DNA of 64,000 bases, taken from Deltaproteobacteria bacterium SG8_13. GTDB taxonomy: Bacteria > Desulfobacterota > Desulfobacteria > Desulfobacterales > SG8-13. The stretch covers positions 1,516 to 65,515 of the forward strand of contig LJNK01000004.1 in assembly GCA_001303025.1 (NCBI GenBank). Direction: 5' to 3'. The notes beneath the pieces are model-generated. The model did no database searches, was not told the DNA's origin, and worked only from the letters and a program-made list of their open reading frames with translations. Shown piece by piece: positions 1-10,034 of this stretch (positions are counted from its first letter, which is position 1; every line of letters begins with the position of its first letter). The position numbers were made by a program, and so were the translations under genes.

Positions 1-1232
1 GGGGCAAGATCATCTTTCTTGTCGGCGACGGTACCCCGGTTGCCAAAGGGGATGTCGTGGTCAGGCTCGACCCGGCACCCTTCGAAGAGGAGGTCCGGCG
101 ACTGGAAAGCGATGTCCAGGCACTGGAGGCGGCTGTGGAAGCCAACGGGCAGATGCTCGAATGGGAAAAAAGTCAGGTGGAGCGTGAAATCCGAAACGCC
201 GAATACAACCTGCAGGTTGCCGTGCTCGATCTGAAACGGTTGCGGGAAGGTGACGGCCCGTTGAAGCTGGCCGGCTTGAAGTCTGAAATGACCAAGCTGG
301 AGGAAGAATACCGGCGCTACTTGTCTTATATCCGCGATCTGGAAGAGCTGTCGCAGAAAGGGTTCGGCAATGAGCGGGAAATTTCCACCGCCCGGGAGAA
401 GTGCGCCGAGCTGAAAGAGCAGTTCGGCGCTGCGGAGCAAAATTTTTCATCCTACCGCAACCACGTTCTGCCCTCGCTGATCAAGACCGGCGAGGCCAAG
501 GTCCAGCAGGCCGAGATGGAGCTCGGCCAGTTGAAAAAAGGCGGGGTGTTCCGAATCGCAAAGGCCAAAGCGAGCTACGACGAGGTTGGCGGCAAGCTCA
601 AGACCGTAAAAGCGTATCTGGCCGCGGCACGCCTGGAGCTGGAAAAAACCATCATCCGGGCGCCGTCGGACGGCATCGCCATCCATTTTGAAGCCTATCG
701 CGAGGGCAGCAAACGCAAACCCCGGGAAGGCGACTCGGTGCTGCCCAACCAGCCGCTGGTGTACCTGCCGGACATCTCTTCGATGGTAGTCAAAACCCAG
801 GTGCGCGAAATCGACCTGCACAAAATTGTCGTCGGTCAAAATTGTCGGGTGCAGGTGGACGCCTATCCCGAATCGGTGTTTGCCGGTGAAATCTCTTTTG
901 TGGGCGCGCTGGCATCCGAGTTTCAGCGGCTCGGCCGGGGCGAGAAGTATTTCGAATTGACCATCGCCTTGAAGGATCAAAACGATCGGCTGCGGCCGGG
1001 CATGACCGCACGGGTCACGATACTCTCTGCCACTGTGAAGGAGCAGCTGGTTATCCCGGTTCAAGCCGTCTTCCAGGAGGGCGGGGCCACTTACTGCTAC
1101 CGGCACAGCGGAGCTGGATTTGAAAAAGTCGGCGTGATCACCGGAAGGCAAAACGAGGATCTGGTGGTCATCCGCTCCGGGCTGAATCCGGGTGATCGGA
1201 TCAGCCTGGTGAAACCGGATATGGACGGGTAG
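1..1232 (+). CDS. HlyD/MacA-family periplasmic adaptor subunit, 5' end cut by window edge
   Basis: The frame of ORF 57..1232 stays open back to nt 3 (GKIIFLVGDGTPVAKGDVVVRLD, a typical adaptor lipoyl-hairpin motif). It has a long coiled-coil segment and a C-terminal beta-barrel region. An ABC ATPase and FtsX-type permease follow directly. Confidence 0.8.
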   Translation, partial: GKIIFLVGDGTPVAKGDVVVRLDPAPFEEEVRRLESDVQALEAAVEANGQMLEWEKSQVEREIRNAEYNLQVAVLDLKRLREGDGPLKLAGLKSEMTKLEEEYRRYLSYIRDLEELSQKGFGNEREISTAREKCAELKEQFGAAEQNFSSYRNHVLPSLIKTGEAKVQQAEMELGQLKKGGVFRIAKAKASYDEVGGKLKTVKAYLAAARLELEKTIIRAPSDGIAIHFEAYREGSKRKPREGDSVLPNQPLVYLPDISSMVVKTQVREIDLHKIVVGQNCRVQVDAYPESVFAGEISFVGALASEFQRLGRGEKYFELTIALKDQNDRLRPGMTARVTILSATVKEQLVIPVQAVFQEGGATYCYRHSGAGFEKVGVITGRQNEDLVVIRSGLNPGDRISLVKPDMDG

Positions 1233-1233
1233 C

Positions 1234-1905
1234 ATGCCACCGCACCTGGTTGAAATGACTGCTATAACCAAGTCGTATACCGTCGGATACGGCAGGCTGC
1301 CGGTGTTGCGAAAAGTCAATCTGACGATACGGCAGGGCGAGTTCGTTGCGGTCATGGGTCCTTCCGGTTCGGGCAAGTCGACAATGCTGCACATCCTCGG
1401 TTGCCTCGACCGGCCCGATTCCGGCAGCTATCTGCTGGACGGACGGGACATCTTGGCGGCCACCGATTCCGAGCTGTCGCAAACCAGGGCACGGCGGATC
1501 GGTTTTGTCTTCCAGACCTTCAACCTGATTCACAACCTCTCCGTGAAGGAAAACGTCGAGCTGCCGTTTCTTTATCATGCCGCGCAAAACGGCGACGGCG
1601 AAACCCGGATCCTTTCGGCCATCGAACAGGTGGGGCTCGCCGGCCGGATCGCACACAAACCCTACCAGCTATCGGGCGGCGAGATGCAGCGTGCAGCCAT
1701 CGCCAGGGCCATTGCCACAGATCCCCGGTTACTCCTGGCAGATGAGCCCACGGGCAATCTCGATTCGAGCACCGGGCGCGAAATTCTTGATCTGTTTGAA
1801 ACCCTTAATGATGCCGGCGCCACCATCGTTATGGTAACCCACAACCAGGATGTTGCGGGCCGTGCCGGCCGAGTGATGACGCTAAATGACGGCAGATTTG
1901 CATAA
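1234..1905 (+). CDS. ABC transporter ATP-binding protein, MacB/LolD type
   Basis: Walker A GPSGSGKST, signature LSGGEMQR, Walker B LLLADEPT. The ATG lies 1 nt after the adaptor stop codon. Confidence 0.9.
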   Translation: MPPHLVEMTAITKSYTVGYGRLPVLRKVNLTIRQGEFVAVMGPSGSGKSTMLHILGCLDRPDSGSYLLDGRDILAATDSELSQTRARRIGFVFQTFNLIHNLSVKENVELPFLYHAAQNGDGETRILSAIEQVGLAGRIAHKPYQLSGGEMQRAAIARAIATDPRLLLADEPTGNLDSSTGREILDLFETLNDAGATIVMVTHNQDVAGRAGRVMTLNDGRFA

Positions 1906-3157
1906 TCGCCTTTACCGGCTGTACGGCATATTTCGTACGGCGGCTCGCGCGCTGATGGACCACAAGCTGCGCTCGGCCTTGAGCGTGGTGGGAATCGTGT
2001 GCGGGGTGATGGCCGTATTGTCGATGATATCGATCGGCGAAGGTGCCCGCGAACAGGCCCTGCGCCAGATCGAGCAGCTGGGGACCCGCAACATCTATCT
2101 GAAACCGATCCGGCTGACAGGCGAGCAAGCATACCGGGCCCGCAGGAAACTTTCTCCCGGGCTGCGCGCCGATGATGCGGCCATGCTCAAAAGAAACTGT
2201 GAGCTGCTGTCACAGGCAGCCTGTTTGAAGGAGTTTTCGGCTTCCATCTCTGGAACCGGCCGGCAGATTACCCCTCAGTTTGTCGCCTGTTCGGCGAATC
2301 TGGCCGAAATACAGGATCTTGCGATCCACCGTGGCCGGTTCATCCGCAATGGCGATGTCGACAGAAAAAACAAGGTCTGTGTGCTCGGCAGCGCTGTCGC
2401 TGCAAGCCTGGGGCCGAATATGCGGATCGGCAGTGACCTGAGAATCGAAGATCACCTTTTCAAGATCGTCGGCGCACTCAAACGCCGCGAGGATCGGGCA
2501 AAAAAAACTTCGGCGGTCTCTGCAAGAAATGTCAACGAGATGGTTTTCGTTCCCCTGGGTGTTGAACGCATCATCGCCCAAACCCCACACGGGCAAGCGC
2601 CCCCGCCATCCGAAGTGACGGAGATCATACTGCAGGTAGAGGACACCGATCAGGTGGCCGAAGCCGCGCGGATCGTGCAACGGCTGATGGAAGTTGCGCA
2701 TCACGGCGTGCAGGATTTCCAGATGGTGGTTCCGCGGGAGCTGTTGAAACAATCGGAGAAAACCAGACGGATGTTCAACACCATTCTCGGGGCCATAGCC
2801 GGAATTTCTCTGCTGGTGGGCGGTATCGGGATCATGAACATCATGCTGGCAACCGTTTCGGAGAGAACGCGCGAGATCGGCATCCGGCGGGCGGTCGGTG
2901 CCACCCGCACTCACATCGTCCTGCAGTTTCTGGCCGAGTCGATCATTTTGACGGCCGCGGGCGGCGTTGCCGGCATTGCCGCCGGCGTCGGAGCCGTCTG
3001 GCTGATCACGACCGTGGCCGGCTGGCAAACGGTCGTAACCGTCGTTGCGGTCTGTCTGCCGCTGCTGATGTCCATACTGGTAGGGATTTTCTTCGGGCTG
3101 TATCCGGCCTGCCGGGCGGCATCCATGAATCCGATCGCCGCCCTGCGCCACGAATAA
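1886..3157 (+). CDS. ABC transporter permease, FtsX/MacB family
   Basis: N-terminal TM helix, large periplasmic domain and a C-terminal 3-TM FtsX-like region (EIGIRRAVGA motif). Overlaps the ATPase gene by 20 nt. Confidence 0.85.
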   Translation: MTADLHNRLYRLYGIFRTAARALMDHKLRSALSVVGIVCGVMAVLSMISIGEGAREQALRQIEQLGTRNIYLKPIRLTGEQAYRARRKLSPGLRADDAAMLKRNCELLSQAACLKEFSASISGTGRQITPQFVACSANLAEIQDLAIHRGRFIRNGDVDRKNKVCVLGSAVAASLGPNMRIGSDLRIEDHLFKIVGALKRREDRAKKTSAVSARNVNEMVFVPLGVERIIAQTPHGQAPPPSEVTEIILQVEDTDQVAEAARIVQRLMEVAHHGVQDFQMVVPRELLKQSEKTRRMFNTILGAIAGISLLVGGIGIMNIMLATVSERTREIGIRRAVGATRTHIVLQFLAESIILTAAGGVAGIAAGVGAVWLITTVAGWQTVVTVVAVCLPLLMSILVGIFFGLYPACRAASMNPIAALRHE

Positions 3158-3240
3158 GCGGAGTCGCGGTTTAGCGTGCCGGCGGTGAGCCGCTGCAGCG
3201 CTGCCCTTTTCGTAAAGACCCCTGTTATCTTCCTGTTTTT

Positions 3241-3483
3241 TCAGCCGACGATCCGCAAAGACAGATATGGAACCAGGTTGAAGAGCAAAATCGCCATTTT
3301 AAAGAACGCAATCCCGGCATAGTGGATGGCATCGAATTTTTCCACCGGTATGTGAAACCACTTGCTGTGCATCCGGTATGTCCAATCATGCGCAAAGAAA
3401 AAAAATACCGCCCACCAGGCCAGCAATATGATGTTGATGAGCGAACACCAGGCCAATGTGCTACGTACGACTTCCAACGTCAT
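3241..3483 (-). CDS. small integral membrane protein, unknown function
   Basis: Internal start MTLEVVRST is preceded by AAAGGAG. Two or three hydrophobic helices. The longer ORF (to 3582) has an Arg-rich, unlikely N-terminal extension. Confidence 0.45.
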   Translation of the reverse strand: MTLEVVRSTLAWCSLINIILLAWWAVFFFFAHDWTYRMHSKWFHIPVEKFDAIHYAGIAFFKMAILLFNLVPYLSLRIVG

Positions 3484-3631
3484 CCTTACGCTCCTTTCCT
3501 CTCTGGTGGCAGCTGCAGGGTAGCTGCGGCGCGTCCGCATAGGGTTGCAGCAACGATCTGATTGCCCGCTACCGCCGCGCAACCATCCACCTGATGGGCC
3601 GGCCGCCGGCCTGGCCCTGCTACGAACATCC

Positions 3632-4789
3632 TCATGTCGGACCGCAGTTGTCCGGGGGGTTGCCAGAAGGCGGTAAATCCGTCAGCGTCGATCGCGAAGA
3701 TGCTTTGCGGTATTTGAAGACCCTTCGCTGCAACGCGCTTGCCTTGTGAAACAACGGCTTGACGGACAGGCCCAGCAACACAGCGGCTGCGGCCAGCTCC
3801 AGCCAGGCCGGCATGCTTTCGGCTGCCTGGCCAATGGAGGCCCGGGCGGAAACACCTGCCAATGCATACACCTGGTCGACCAGCAGGCCGAATGCAACCG
3901 CCGAACCGGCTATGACCGTCAGGTAGATCCCGGTGGCGCGCTTGCCCAACACACCGCTCAAGACTGTCAGCGATGCCACGTTGGTTGCCGGTCCTGCCAG
4001 CAAAAACACCAGCGCAGCCCCCGGGCTGACGCCTTTTAAAATCAGGGCCGCTGCAATCGGAGTGGAAGCGGTGGCGCAGATGTAAAGCGGAATCCCCACC
4101 GCCAACATCAGCAGCATGGCCGGCAGGCCGCTTCCCAGGTGGCGGCTGAAGATGTCGTCGGGAATCAGCGCCGTTATGACACCGGCAATCATCAGACCGA
4201 CGAAAAACCAGCCGGCCAGATCGTCCCAGAATTCCGTGAAAGCGTATCGCAGCCCTACGTATGTTTTTTCTGACACCGAGTGATGCAGCCGGTGCTGCCT
4301 CGGGTCGCAGCTTACGCCGTCACAGCAACCATCCACAGGGCAGGAGAGGTCTGGAATGACTTCGTCGGCATCCTTTTTCGTGTCGAAAATCGTTTCGGCA
4401 ATGCCGGCCGAAGCAGCCGTGAAGAATGCGGCAACGGGTCGGGCGATCGTCATGATTGGATCGAGCAGGGCGTAGGTGATAAAAATCGAGTCGACACCGG
4501 ATTCCGGCGTGGAAATCAGAAAGGATGTGACCGCCCCCTTGCCGGCCCCTTGTTTCCGCAGCGACACGGCTGCAGGCAGCACCCCGCAGGATCACAACGG
4601 AATGGGAATGCCGAGCAGCGCGGCCTTGAACACCGATGAAAAACGGCCGCCTCCCAGGTGTCGCGCGACCGCATGCGGATGCAGAAAGGCGCGCAGCAGG
4701 CCGCTGATCAGCAGTCCGAAGAGAATATAGATCGAAGATTCCAGCAGCAGCTGCCAGGAAGCCGATATGGAGTCAAAGACGAGGTTCAT
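3632..4789 (-). CDS. DUF318 / ArsP / SO_0444-type metal(loid) efflux permease, read through an in-frame TGA at 4592-4594 (candidate selenocysteine; otherwise a pseudogene)
   Basis: ORFs 4592..4861 and 3632..4582 are in the same frame and separated only by the TGA. Read-through gives GIPIPL-[TGA]-SCGVLPAAVSLRKQGAGKGAVTSFLISTPESGVDSI plus a Cys/His-rich loop (SCPVDGCCDGVSCDPRQHRLHH). The probable start MNLVFDS at 4789 follows GGAAGGG. Confidence 0.6.
4556..4575 (-). promoter_or_regulatory. candidate SECIS-like hairpin downstream of the in-frame TGA
   Basis: The mRNA reads CUGCAGC-CGUGUC-GCUGCGG: a 7-bp stem with a 6-nt G/U-containing loop. The stem begins 19 nt after the U of the UGA. Confidence 0.35.
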
Positions 4790-4903
4790 GGGCCCTTCCG
4801 ATATCAGGGTATAAATTAAGACGTCGGCTGGAAAACGCAACAAAAAAGGGGGCGCCTTCAATCAAGCGACCCCTTTTGTTTTCAGCAGTGATGCGGGTTT
4901 CGG

Positions 4904-6067
4904 CTACGCTCTGGTTTCCTCCTTGACGGACACGGCAATTTTATAAAGAGCCGAAAGCACCAGGAACCCAACACACCAGACCGCCAAGGAGATGATCAGC
5001 TCCGGCACGGACGGTATGTACTCGCTGACCTCGTGCAGGGGGTTGGGAACAAATCCACCGGAGATCATTCCCATTCCCTTGTCGATCCACGTTCCGGCAA
5101 ATATCACGACACAGGCCACGGCCAGAACCCCTTCATTTTTGCGGGTAAGCGGGTTTACCAGCAGGATGATTCCCAGCACCATCAGCGCAAGGGAGGTCCA
5201 CATCCAGGGCACATAGGCCCCGTGTCCGTGCAGCCCGACAAACAGGTATTTGAAGTGATCCATGTGCTCGGGGATCTGGCTGTAAAAGACGGTGAAAATT
5301 TCGCACAGAAAGAAGAACACGTTCAGGCAGATGGCGTAGGCCACGGTTTTTGCCAAGGTCTGGATCGCTTCGCGCCCGGGATCGAAGTTGGTCGTCTTGC
5401 GGATGAACAAACACAGCAGAATCAACAGGGCCGGACCGGAAGCAAACGCCGAAGACAGAAACCGCGGTGCCAGGATGGCCGTAAGCCAGAAGCCTCTGCC
5501 CGGCAGGCCGGCGTACAGGTATGCGGTCACGGTGTGGATGCTGATCGCCCAGGGGATGGAAAGATAGATAAAGGGCTTGACCCAGGCCTGGTAGTGAACA
5601 CCGTTGCGCTCGGCCTCCAGAACGTTCCAGCCGACGATAATGTTCAAAAACAGGTATCCGTTGAGAACGATCATATCCCAGAAGAGCACGGAGTTCGGCG
5701 TGGGATACAACGGAACGTTGAACAATCGCATTGGCTGACCAAGATCGACGATGATAAACAGCAGGCACATCACCACGGCCGCAATGGCCAGAAACTCTCC
5801 GAGAATCGTCACCCGGCCGTAGACCTTGTAATCGTGCAGGTAGTAGGGCAGCACCACCATGACGCCTCCGGCAGCCACTCCGACCAGAAAGGTAAACTGG
5901 GCGATGTAAAACCCCCATGAAACATCGCGGCTCATCCCGGTGATCCCGAGGCCGAAATCCAGCTGCTTCAGGTAGAAAAGAAAACCCACCCCGATGATGC
6001 CCAGCAGCAGCAGCATCCAGCCATAGTATTTTTTACTTCCTCTGATCGCTAATTCAAGCATAGTCAC
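4904..6067 (-). CDS. dsrP: DsrP, NrfD/PsrC-family integral membrane quinone-interacting subunit
   Basis: About 10 TM helices of the NrfD type. It is the last gene of the M-K-J-O-P order, 1 nt after the dsrO stop. Confidence 0.85.
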   Translation of the reverse strand: MTMLELAIRGSKKYYGWMLLLLGIIGVGFLFYLKQLDFGLGITGMSRDVSWGFYIAQFTFLVGVAAGGVMVVLPYYLHDYKVYGRVTILGEFLAIAAVVMCLLFIIVDLGQPMRLFNVPLYPTPNSVLFWDMIVLNGYLFLNIIVGWNVLEAERNGVHYQAWVKPFIYLSIPWAISIHTVTAYLYAGLPGRGFWLTAILAPRFLSSAFASGPALLILLCLFIRKTTNFDPGREAIQTLAKTVAYAICLNVFFFLCEIFTVFYSQIPEHMDHFKYLFVGLHGHGAYVPWMWTSLALMVLGIILLVNPLTRKNEGVLAVACVVIFAGTWIDKGMGMISGGFVPNPLHEVSEYIPSVPELIISLAVWCVGFLVLSALYKIAVSVKEETRA

Positions 6068-6068
6068 C

Positions 6069-6866
6069 TCACACGATATAGTAAATCGCCGGCTCCGTCC
6101 CCAGAGACTGCTTGCGGCGGATGGTGTAATTGGTTTTGATCAGTTCTCTCACCTTCGATTCGGGGTCGTAGAGATCACCGAAAGTAATTTTGTCCTCGGA
6201 TGCTTCCACACAGGCCGGCTGCTGACCGACGGCCAGACGTTCGGCGCAAAAGTTGCATTTCTCCACAACACCCTTTGCGCGGGTGGGAAACTGCTTGTTG
6301 GTCTCGGCGATAAACGGTCGCGGGTCACGGAAGTTGAAGCTGCGGGCCCCGAAGGGGCAGGCGGCCATACAGAACCGGCAGCCGATGCAGCGGTGGAAGT
6401 CCATCAGTACGATTCCATCGCTTTCGCGTTTGAAGGTCGCCTGGGTCGGGCAGGCTCTGCAGCAGGGCGGATTTTCGCAGTGGTTGCACAAAACCAGGAT
6501 CGGCCGGTGCTGCAAATCTTCTGCCATGAACCGGGCGCCTTTCATCGGAAAGGCATGTTTGTACTCGGTTTCCCAAATCCATTTGATTTCGTGCCGCTTT
6601 ACCGGCAGATGCGGAACGTTGTGGATTTTGTGGCAAGCTTCGATCAACGGCTCCACGTCCTCCAGAGAGTGAAACTCGCGGGTGTCAATGACCATGGCCC
6701 ACTGCCGGGCCTTGAGGGCATCCGGGCCGGACTGGGTGTGCTCATTCGCTTCAGCATCCCCGGCCGCCTGACCGGCGGCAAAGGCATCGAGTACCGGCTT
6801 GGTGCTCATCGCCAGCGCCGAAATACCGAAAAATTTCAGAATCTGTCTTCGACTGCTATCCATCAC
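6069..6866 (-). CDS. dsrO: DsrO, periplasmic 4Fe-4S ferredoxin-like subunit with Tat signal
   Basis: Twin-arginine signal SRRQILKF. Several CxxCxxCxxxCP-type cluster motifs (CNHCENPPCCRACP, CIGCRFCMAACP, CNFCAERL). Confidence 0.85.
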   Translation of the reverse strand: MMDSSRRQILKFFGISALAMSTKPVLDAFAAGQAAGDAEANEHTQSGPDALKARQWAMVIDTREFHSLEDVEPLIEACHKIHNVPHLPVKRHEIKWIWETEYKHAFPMKGARFMAEDLQHRPILVLCNHCENPPCCRACPTQATFKRESDGIVLMDFHRCIGCRFCMAACPFGARSFNFRDPRPFIAETNKQFPTRAKGVVEKCNFCAERLAVGQQPACVEASEDKITFGDLYDPESKVRELIKTNYTIRRKQSLGTEPAIYYIV

Positions 6867-7252
6867 TTGCTCTCCTTCGGGTTATCAATGTGACAATCCC
6901 AGCAATATGGCCGCACCGATGCGTAATCGTGGCACCGGTCGCAGAATTCGGCTTTGTTCGAGTGGCAATCCAGGCAGGTGTTGGAAAGACTCATGTTGAA
7001 CTCTTTTCCCTGGGGGTTGACGTACACCCGTTCACCGCTGCGGACAACAGTGTGCCGCCACAGATCCAGAATCTTCATATGTTCCCGCTGCATGTAGTCC
7101 TTGGACCGCACGCACTGCTGGGCAGCCTTGGCTGTCTCGGTCAGCACCAGCTCGGGGACCGGCGCCGCCTTTCCCCTGTTGTAAAGAAAGGGGAAGGTCA
7201 CGACAGCGAGAAAGATAATGATTCCGATTATGACACCTTTACTTTTCTTCAT
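6863..7252 (-). CDS. dsrJ: DsrJ, membrane-anchored triheme cytochrome c
   Basis: N-terminal anchor helix and three CxxCH motifs (CLDCH, CDRCH, CWDCH). Confidence 0.85.
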   Translation of the reverse strand: MKKSKGVIIGIIIFLAVVTFPFLYNRGKAAPVPELVLTETAKAAQQCVRSKDYMQREHMKILDLWRHTVVRSGERVYVNPQGKEFNMSLSNTCLDCHSNKAEFCDRCHDYASVRPYCWDCHIDNPKESK

Positions 7253-8897
7253 CAGTTTCGTCCTCCGTATCTTCCGCGGTGCCCTGCAGGTCGGCCAGCT
7301 CCTCGCTTCGCAGGTTCATGGTTCTGTCACTCTGGCCCGGCAGGTTCAAGGCATTGCCCACCAGTTCATGGACCCCGGTGACATCTACATCCGGTACCCA
7401 GTAAGACATCAGGTCCGGCAGCACCGCCCGGTCGATGGCACACACGCAGGCCAGCATGTTCACCCCGTGTTTGTCGTGCACATGCTTTACGGCATTGGCC
7501 CGGGGCAACCCCCCGGCCATTCTCAATTCCATGTCTTCGCCGGCATTGAGGCCCGAACCGCTGCCGCAGCAAAAGGTTTGTTCGCGGATGGCGTTGGCCG
7601 GCATGTCGTAAAAGTGCTTGCAGGTTTGTTTGATCACGTAGCGGGGCTCGTCAAATAGCCCCATTCCCCGGGCCGGGTTGCACGAATCGTGGAAGGTAAC
7701 CTTGAGGTGATCGTTGCGGCTGGGGTCCAGGTCGAGTTTGCCGTGTTTGATCAGGTCGGCCGTAAATTCGGTGATGTGCACCATCTTGGTGGAAGCAGCA
7801 TTTTTGAATGCCGTGCCGGTAATGGGATTGACCGGCATCTGCAGGAAATCGGCCGGGCCGTTCATGGTATCCATGTACTGGTGAATCACCCGCCACATGT
7901 GACCGCACTCTCCACCGAGAATCCACTTGACACCCAGGCGCCGGGCTTCGGCATACATCTTGGCATTCAACCGTTTCATGGTTTCATGGGACGTGAAAAG
8001 ACCGAAATTGCCGCCCTCGGACGCATAGGTACTCCAGGTAACGTCCAGGCCGTATTTTTCCTGCAAAAAATGAAACAGCATCAAATACCCCATGGCGGTG
8101 AAGGTGCCTGGATCGGCGAATACGTCACCGGAAGGGGTAACAAACAAGATGTCTGCGCCTTTTTTGTTGAACTGCGGGTCGGGACGGATGCCGGTAATCT
8201 CCTCGATATCGTCACAGAAAAAATCGAGCATGTCCTTGAAGGCATGAGGCTGGATGCCGAGGTGGTTGCCGGTCCGATAGCAGTTGGCCACCGGTGTAAT
8301 GATCCAGTCGATGTTCAAACCGAGCAGGTTGAGCAACTCGCGACCCATTATCGTAATTTCGGCGGTATCGATTCCGTAGGGGCAATAAAGCGAACACCGA
8401 CGGCATTCCGAGCACTGAAACAGATACGACCACCACTCTTTGAGAACCTCGTAGTTCATCGGACGCGCACCGTTGATTTTCCCCAGCAGTTTGCCCACCC
8501 GGGTAAAATCATTGCGATAGACCGAACGCAGCAGCTCTGCCCTGAGAACCGGCATGTTCTTCGGATCCCCGGTTCCGATGAAATAGTGGCATTTGTCCGC
8601 ACAGGCGCCGCAGCGGACACAGATGTCCATAAACACCTTAAAAGACCGGAATTTTTCCAATCGTTCCTTGAAGCCCTCATGGATAATTTCCTGCCAGTTT
8701 TCCGGCAGCTGCCAGTCGTCGTCGAAGCAGCTCCAGGTCCGCGGATTCGGAAATCCGAGCACTTCAAGGCTCTTTGGATTGCCGGCATAACAGGCGATGC
8801 CTTTGCGGATTTCTGCCGGAACATCCATCCAATCGGTGGATGGCGGGCGATACTTCAAACCGGAAAGCATTTCTTCTGCAGTTGGAAGATCAGACAT
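7239..8897 (-). CDS. dsrK: DsrK, HdrD-like Fe-S / CCG-domain catalytic subunit
   Basis: Cluster motifs CVRCGACADKC and CSECRRCSLYCP, plus a CCG-domain motif FCCGSGSG. Confidence 0.85.
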   Translation of the reverse strand: MSDLPTAEEMLSGLKYRPPSTDWMDVPAEIRKGIACYAGNPKSLEVLGFPNPRTWSCFDDDWQLPENWQEIIHEGFKERLEKFRSFKVFMDICVRCGACADKCHYFIGTGDPKNMPVLRAELLRSVYRNDFTRVGKLLGKINGARPMNYEVLKEWWSYLFQCSECRRCSLYCPYGIDTAEITIMGRELLNLLGLNIDWIITPVANCYRTGNHLGIQPHAFKDMLDFFCDDIEEITGIRPDPQFNKKGADILFVTPSGDVFADPGTFTAMGYLMLFHFLQEKYGLDVTWSTYASEGGNFGLFTSHETMKRLNAKMYAEARRLGVKWILGGECGHMWRVIHQYMDTMNGPADFLQMPVNPITGTAFKNAASTKMVHITEFTADLIKHGKLDLDPSRNDHLKVTFHDSCNPARGMGLFDEPRYVIKQTCKHFYDMPANAIREQTFCCGSGSGLNAGEDMELRMAGGLPRANAVKHVHDKHGVNMLACVCAIDRAVLPDLMSYWVPDVDVTGVHELVGNALNLPGQSDRTMNLRSEELADLQGTAEDTEDETDEEK

Positions 8898-8900
8898 GTG

Positions 8901-10034
8901 TTACTCCTTTTCCTCTGGTTCAGCCGCGGCATCTGCTGCGTCTGCTGGCGGCTCTTGCGGCGGAGCGGCAGGTTCTTCCTCTTCTTCGGCGGCTGCCTCC
9001 TGGGGCTCCGGCATCTTGTCCACCGGCAGGCCGGCTTCGATCATCTTGTCTCTGAAATCATCTTCGTATTCTTCGTAGGTATGCACTTTCACAGGGTAGT
9101 TCCATGGATTTACATGGCGTACCGCCCGGGTATCCGCCCTCATGTTGCGGGTGGGGCTGAAAAAGATGCCGCCCAAATGCATCAGCTTGCTAAACGGGAA
9201 ATATGCCAGCAGGATGCTGACAAAAAAGAGGTGAACAAAGAAAATGCTGCTCACGTTTTGCGGAATGTTCGGGCGAAATGTCACCAGGCCCATGGCAAGC
9301 TGTTTTGCGGCCGTCACGTCGATTTTGAGCACGTACCGCATCATGATTCCGGTGAAAGCGATCCCGAAAATCAAAAAAAGCGGGAAGTAATCTGAAGCCA
9401 GGGATATATAATTTACGTTGCGAATGAAAATTCTTCTCAGAAAAAGGTAGGTCACGGCTGCCAGCAGGACCAGGCCGGAAAGGTAAACCCCCGGAACACC
9501 GATTTGAATGAAGTCCTGCAAAATTTCCATCCGGAAAAAGCTGTCAAGGTCTTCCACCAGCCGCACCGGCAACGGAATCGGATCGGTGAAAAATCGCAGG
9601 TGCCGGAACAGCACCGTAAAAAAAGCATAATGGAAAGCAAGCGCTCCCACCCACAGGAAAATTTCCAGTTGGTAGGAAATTTTGCCTTCCCTCAGCTTCA
9701 TCCGCGAATTTCTGAAAAGGGACCGAAAGGTAACGATTTCCAGCAGCATGCGAACGAAAACCGCGCCCTTCGAACTTGGATTGTCGATAGCGTTCGGCTT
9801 GATCCAGCTCAACGTTTTCTGCTGGCCTCCTGTTGTGGGGATGGCAAACGGCACCGCTGATCGTGACCAGGTGAGCAGTCGCCGGATGAAACCGGCGACA
9901 AAAACGATCAAAGCGGCATAGGGAATGACAATACCGAATAGCCATTTGGAGCCCGGCACTGCTTCCACTCCCAGATAGGAGATGAGAAACAAAACGATAA
10001 CCGCAATGAGGGACAATAAGTACCTTTTATTCAT
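8901..10034 (-). CDS. dsrM: DsrM, NarI-like dihaem b membrane subunit with acidic C-terminal tail
   Basis: Polytopic NarI-like membrane protein upstream of dsrK. The start MNKRYLL at 10034 follows GAGGAG at 7 nt. The C-terminus is EPQEAAAEEEEEPAAPPQEPPADAADAAAEPEEKE. Confidence 0.8.
   Translation of the reverse strand: MNKRYLLSLIAVIVLFLISYLGVEAVPGSKWLFGIVIPYAALIVFVAGFIRRLLTWSRSAVPFAIPTTGGQQKTLSWIKPNAIDNPSSKGAVFVRMLLEIVTFRSLFRNSRMKLREGKISYQLEIFLWVGALAFHYAFFTVLFRHLRFFTDPIPLPVRLVEDLDSFFRMEILQDFIQIGVPGVYLSGLVLLAAVTYLFLRRIFIRNVNYISLASDYFPLFLIFGIAFTGIMMRYVLKIDVTAAKQLAMGLVTFRPNIPQNVSSIFFVHLFFVSILLAYFPFSKLMHLGGIFFSPTRNMRADTRAVRHVNPWNYPVKVHTYEEYEDDFRDKMIEAGLPVDKMPEPQEAAAEEEEEPAAPPQEPPADAADAAAEPEEKE

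Noticed and set aside
7689-9395. 568-aa plus-strand ORF (similar cases at 36848..38482, 11680..13167, 447..1394, 32226..33077, 27624..28529)
   Set aside because: All are antisense to genes with strong motif support (dsrK/dsrM, the FAD/Fe-S oxidoreductase, the COG3014-like gene, the adaptor, the ABC ATPase, rtcB). They have low-complexity composition.
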